DNA of 25,325 nt from Candidatus Methylomirabilia bacterium (GTDB lineage Bacteria > Methylomirabilota > Methylomirabilia > Rokubacteriales > CSP1-6), in contig JBGPXN010000063.1 of assembly GCA_041492755.1 (NCBI GenBank), forward strand, positions 1 to 25,325, given 5' to 3'. Positions 23,328 to 25,325 of this stretch are shown piece after piece. Position 1 is the stretch's first letter; each line of letters opens with the position of its first letter. A program made the position numbers and the translations under genes. The notes beneath the pieces were generated by a model. It searched no databases, was not told where the DNA came from, and saw nothing but the letters and a program-made list of their open reading frames with translations.

Positions 23328-24925
23328 TACTCCTTCGAGAGCTGCCGGTAGTCGAGCTGCCGGTGGAACCAGTACTGATACCCCTTGACGTTCTTCTGCA
23401 TCGCGATGTCGAGGAGCGGCTGCGCGATGGGGACGCGCGGGACGTCGGCCACCTCCATCTTGGCGAAGCCGCGGACGAGCTCGGTGTACTTTTTCTGGTC
23501 GCCTTCGAAGCGGGCGGCGTCGATCAGCTTGTCCATCTCGGGGTTCTGGTAGGACGACGTGTTGAACACCGCGTTCTGGCCGTGGAAGTTCCAGAAGAAG
23601 AAGTACTCGGGGTAGTTCAGCCAGCCCCCGAAGGCGTTCAGGAACAGCGGCATCTCCTTCTTGAGCAGCATGTTGCGCCAGTTCGCGCCCGGAATCTTGT
23701 TGATCGTGGTCTTGATCCCGATCTGCGCCAGTGATTCCTGCAGCAGCACCGCCGTCGGCTCGTTCGTGGTGGCGAAACCCTGGTCGAACGACAGCGTCGT
23801 CTCGAACCCGTTGGGGAAGCCGGCCTCGGCCATGAGTGCTTTGGCGCGGGCCATGTCCGTCTTGAACGGCGCGGGCACGAGCTCGTGGCCGAAGGTGTGG
23901 CTGGCGATGGGGTTGCCGTTCAACAGGACGCCGCGCCCGAACATCGCCGCTGAGAAGACCTGCTCGTACGGCACCGCGTGGGCGACGGCCTGCCGGACCT
24001 TCAAATTGTTGAACGGCGGGTTCTTGACGTTCATGCCGACGTAGAAGAACGCGTTCTCCACCGGATGCGAGACCACCGCCAGCTTCCCGGCCTTGGCGAT
24101 CTCCGAGAAGTCCTTGGACGGCAGGTCGAAGGAGATGTCGGCGTCGCCGCGCTCGAGGAGCGCGCGTCGGTTGCCGGCGGAGGGAACCTCGCGCACGATC
24201 ACGCGCCTGATCCTGGGTAGCGGCCCCGACTTCCAGTCGTCGAAGCGCACGGAGATCGTCTCCTGGCCGGGCTTCCACGACTCCAGACGGTAGGCGCCGC
24301 TGCCCGCGTCGTTGTTCTTGATCCACTCCATCGCCCACGGATCGGTGGGGGTGGCGTGTTTCTTGGCCAGCGTGGAGTTCATGATGACGGGTACGGGGAC
24401 CGCGAGGTCCGGCAGCGTGAGCTTGTCTTTGCGGAGGAAGGTGACCCGGAACGTGGAGTCGTCGACCGCGACGAACTGCTCCGGCTTCTCCAGCGAGCCC
24501 GCCTTCATCTGGAACGTGGGGAACCCGCCGACGGTGACGGCGCGGTCGAAGGACCACTTCACGTCTTTCGCGGTGACCGGCGTGCCGTCGTGGAACCTGG
24601 CGTCCTTGCGCAGCTTGAACGTGACCGCGGTGCCGTCGGGCGCCAGCGTCCAGCTCTCCGCCAGCTCGGGTTTGAGCACGTTGTAGTCGTACATGCGGCT
24701 GCCGTCGGGCAGCGTCTTGACGCCGTAGGTCATGAGCCGGTCGTAGAGGTTCCAGGACGCCTGGTACGCGGGCCGGTTCGCGCCGACGCCGTGGATGTCC
24801 ATGCTGTTCGGGCCGGACTCCACCACGACGATGAGCGTCTCTTGCCGCGACTGGGCGAACGCGGGTCCAGCGACCGCGACGAGCGCGAGCAGGAGCAGCG
24901 TCAGCATCTTCGGTCGAATGATCAT
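23327..24925 (-). CDS. ABC substrate-binding protein, family 5, copy 2 (paralog of 16231-17823)
   Basis: MIIRPKMLTLLLLALVAVAGPAFAQ signal peptide after GGAGG; long runs identical to copy 1 (GPNSMDIHGVGAN, VGGFPTFQMKAGSLEKP, FGGWLNYPEYFF, GYQYWFHRQLD). Confidence 0.95.
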   Translation of the reverse strand: MIIRPKMLTLLLLALVAVAGPAFAQSRQETLIVVVESGPNSMDIHGVGANRPAYQASWNLYDRLMTYGVKTLPDGSRMYDYNVLKPELAESWTLAPDGTAVTFKLRKDARFHDGTPVTAKDVKWSFDRAVTVGGFPTFQMKAGSLEKPEQFVAVDDSTFRVTFLRKDKLTLPDLAVPVPVIMNSTLAKKHATPTDPWAMEWIKNNDAGSGAYRLESWKPGQETISVRFDDWKSGPLPRIRRVIVREVPSAGNRRALLERGDADISFDLPSKDFSEIAKAGKLAVVSHPVENAFFYVGMNVKNPPFNNLKVRQAVAHAVPYEQVFSAAMFGRGVLLNGNPIASHTFGHELVPAPFKTDMARAKALMAEAGFPNGFETTLSFDQGFATTNEPTAVLLQESLAQIGIKTTINKIPGANWRNMLLKKEMPLFLNAFGGWLNYPEYFFFWNFHGQNAVFNTSSYQNPEMDKLIDAARFEGDQKKYTELVRGFAKMEVADVPRVPIAQPLLDIAMQKNVKGYQYWFHRQLDYRQLSKE

Positions 24926-25123
24926 CGTGGCCTCCATGAGCCGGATCAGTGGGTGCTCGACGCCAGCACGGAGAGCAACGGGCATGCCGCATCCGAACCG
25001 TCGTTGAATCGGGGACTTGGGTGGACGCCGCGGCGGCGGATTGCTCATCTCGCGAGCATCCGGGGGGGCCGGTGCCCGCGCTTTGCGCGAGCCGCGCGAT
25101 AATCGGGCGGACGAGGAGACGAC

Positions 25124-25325
25124 ATGGCGGATGCGGGGATCATCTTCGTGTGCGACGGATGCTGCTGCGGTCATCCCGAACGCGGGGGACCGAAGATCCT
25201 GCCGCGCGCGCTTCGCGTGGCGGTGCGGCGGGCGTTCCGGCGCGCGGGGCTCGACGGGCGCGTGCGCCTGGCCTACACCGATTGCCTCGGACCGTGTAGC
25301 GAAGCCAACGTCTTCTTCCTCTACA
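25124..25325 (+). CDS. Thioredoxin-like (2Fe-2S) ferredoxin domain protein, 3'-partial
   Basis: GAGGAG RBS, then MADAGIIFVCDGCCCGHPERG...VRLAYTDCLGPCSEANVFFLY (C..CCC...CLGPC). It runs off the window end and is not in the ORF track. Confidence 0.8.
   Translation, partial: MADAGIIFVCDGCCCGHPERGGPKILPRALRVAVRRAFRRAGLDGRVRLAYTDCLGPCSEANVFFLY

Overview
GC-rich bacterial window. The gene content (several ABC substrate-binding proteins, Uma2 nucleases, amidohydrolase remnant) is reminiscent of Candidatus Rokubacteria/Methylomirabilota; this is inference only. There are four parts. (1) 1-3917: a partial ABC substrate-binding gene, then a zone of broken genes (SBP/amidohydrolase chimera, frameshifted and internally deleted PQQ dehydrogenase, truncated cupin-like ORF) around an intact Uma2 gene. 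(2) 3914-9676: an alpha/beta hydrolase, then an accessory or defence-like island. It holds a Phd + zeta-like kinase TA pair, back-to-back IS91-like end remnants, a stand-alone PUA/EVE-like reader domain, a PIN toxin whose DUF104-type antitoxin carries an extra ~145 aa N-terminal domain, and two Cys-rich Zn-finger proteins, and it ends at a TonB-receptor remnant. (3) 9684-21994: a GAF-GGDEF gene and a divergent catabolic locus. Leftward are a Dpp-type ABC importer and an amidase with an atypical signature. Rightward are DUF1116 (AllG/YlbE-like), a split FdrA (AllF-like) and carbamate kinase, i.e. an oxamate-carbamoyltransferase-like, ATP-yielding ureide pathway with no DUF2877 subunit in the window. 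(4) 22034-25325: Uma2, an RHH-MazF TA pair, a second paralogous SBP and a partial 2Fe-2S thioredoxin-like ferredoxin. No tRNA, rRNA or CRISPR array was seen. All family calls come from recalled motifs, not from database searches.
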